From a virus (taxonomy: Duplodnaviria; Heunggongvirae; Uroviricota; Caudoviricetes): a DNA stretch of 64,000 nt. Shown here one piece after another: positions 62,863-64,000 of the stretch. A program made the position numbers and the translations under genes. Where the stretch lies: the IMG/VR virus record IMGVR_UViG_3300042564_004235. One strand, 5' to 3'. The notes under the pieces were generated by a model. The model worked only from the letters and a program-made list of their open reading frames with translations. It did no database searches and was not told where the DNA came from. The first letter of the stretch is position 1. Each line of letters starts with the position of its first letter.

Positions 62863-63627
62863 ATGAAAACAATAAAATTAACTGAGGAACAAAAACAAAA
62901 ACTAGTAAGACCAAATGGTTATATTGCTGCAGTATTTGGCGATGGAATAGAATGGAGTGTATATTGTTATTCCGACTATGGATTAGAGATGGATCAATTA
63001 AATGGACCATTACCTGCGGGAGATAACGGATGGGATAGAAGAAACGAACTTGATCGAATTGATAGAGATCCTGGTTTTGATATCATATGTGATACTGCAG
63101 AAAAAATTGTGAAAAATTCTGAAGATGACTTAGTTGATGAATTGTCTTGTGATGATTGTACAGGGAATGGTTATTTATATGTAAATTATGATGGAGAAAC
63201 AATGACTTTTACCACTAGAGTTGAAAAATATGTAAGAGATTCACAAGATAGTGAATACATGAAAACTTTTGATGAGTGGGCCAGTACACAACCACAATAC
63301 CCATGGCAAACTTTTACATACCTAAAAAAATTAAAAGATCCTAATTTTATTGAAGAATATAAAAATGAAGGTGAAAATGGTGTATTTGAATTAGTTTATA
63401 ATGGTGGAGGAGATAGCGGACAATTTGATGAACCAATAGATATTCCAAGAGATATTGAATATTTGGGTTATGAAATAATAGATGTTTATCATAGTGGTTG
63501 GGAAAATAATGAAGGTGCTGATGGAAGAATTGTGATAGATTTTAATGAAAAAACAATATCACTTTATCACCAACATTATTATGAAGAATCTGAAGAAATA
63601 GAATTAGAAAAATACCAATTTGTATAA
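62863..63627 (+). CDS. hypothetical acidic protein (weak leader-like N-terminus MKTIKLTEEQKQKL)
   Basis: 254-aa D/E-rich ORF. Confidence 0.45.
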   Translation: MKTIKLTEEQKQKLVRPNGYIAAVFGDGIEWSVYCYSDYGLEMDQLNGPLPAGDNGWDRRNELDRIDRDPGFDIICDTAEKIVKNSEDDLVDELSCDDCTGNGYLYVNYDGETMTFTTRVEKYVRDSQDSEYMKTFDEWASTQPQYPWQTFTYLKKLKDPNFIEEYKNEGENGVFELVYNGGGDSGQFDEPIDIPRDIEYLGYEIIDVYHSGWENNEGADGRIVIDFNEKTISLYHQHYYEESEEIELEKYQFV

Positions 63628-64000
63628 TGGAAAATTTACAAGAAAATATAAATAGAATTAAAGAATTGATGTTGGTTGAAAATGACGACCAACTTTCTTT
63701 ATTTTCTAGTGATGAAGGAAAACCAATAAACATCAACTCAGACGAATTTACAAAAAGATTTAAAGAAAAAGTTTATTTTATATTAAAAGATTTATATAAA
63801 TCAAATTGGGATAGCGATAGAAGTAGAGGACCTGGTGGAGGTGGAGGAGTTGTTGGTGTTCATACTGTTTTTGATTTATTAAATAAAAAAGGTTTGACAG
63901 ATTATGATCCTGAAGGTGGCGATTGGTCAATACTAAATTACTTTGACACAAACCCACAAGTTAGAAGAACAATTGTTGGGTTATATGAAAAAGAAACAGG
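63627..64000 (+). CDS. hypothetical protein, 3'-truncated by window end
   Basis: ATG at 63627 overlaps the previous stop (taATGg). Gly-rich RSRGPGGGGGVVGV segment. Runs off the window. Confidence 0.4.
   Translation, partial: MENLQENINRIKELMLVENDDQLSLFSSDEGKPININSDEFTKRFKEKVYFILKDLYKSNWDSDRSRGPGGGGGVVGVHTVFDLLNKKGLTDYDPEGGDWSILNYFDTNPQVRRTIVGLYEKET

Noticed and set aside
1-64000. CRISPR arrays, transposases/IS elements, integrase/attachment sites
   Set aside because: No spacer-repeat periodicity, no transposase or integrase motifs, and no tRNA-3'-end direct repeats were seen. The window looks lytic-phage-like, not prophage or IS.

Overview
AT-rich (~30-33% GC), gene-dense, almost entirely plus-strand window. 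It reads as part of a large virulent bacteriophage of a Bacteroidetes (Flavobacteriia-like) host.

Host/phage evidence seen in the sequence:
- Dozens of genes are preceded by Bacteroidetes-type promoter elements (TTTG at about -33, TAnnTTTG at about -7), often only a few nt upstream of the ATG.
- Several lipoproteins carry an ...TSC lipobox.
- Phage hallmark genes are present: a GH19 endolysin with a holin-like gene, HNH and GIY-YIG homing endonucleases, a thymidylate-synthase-family enzyme, orphan DNA methyltransferases, and a secreted NucA-type nuclease.

Main content:
1. A ~9-kb tRNA island (12.9-21.7 kb) with at least 23 canonical tRNA genes (most isoacceptors, some duplicated) and several non-canonical tRNA-like elements. 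Between them sit GC-rich structured-RNA-like fillers, repeated promoter/leader modules and paired repeats that show compensatory helix changes.
2. A ~0.9-kb GC-rich (~50%) non-coding transcription unit (5.78-6.72 kb) with its own promoter and terminator, a candidate large structured ncRNA.
3. A dispersed RNA heal-and-seal toolkit:
   - an Rnl2/Rnl5-type RNA ligase with a KxHGxN motif
   - a T4-Pnk-like P-loop kinase
   - three HAD DxDGT phosphatases
   - two calcineurin-like phosphoesterases
   - a 2H phosphoesterase
   - a DHH/DHHA1 phosphoesterase
   - an AAA+ ATPase
4. A phage-encoded two-component system (membrane PAS histidine kinase plus a stand-alone receiver) directly upstream of the lysis cassette.
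5. A tandem array of small paralogous genes (35.98-38.89 kb) whose gene-gene junctions are a ~58-bp cassette conserved at nucleotide level. It ends in a decayed copy in front of the thyA-family gene and a GIY-YIG endonuclease.
6. A conserved N-terminal peptide ([16 protein letters not shown]-like) shared by at least 8 otherwise unrelated proteins, including a HExxH metalloprotease-like protein, highly acidic proteins and a membrane protein. It is a candidate virion-targeting or processing signal.

Caveats: all coordinates and translations were worked out by hand. tRNA isotype calls come from manual cloverleaf folding. Functional calls rest on motif recognition only.
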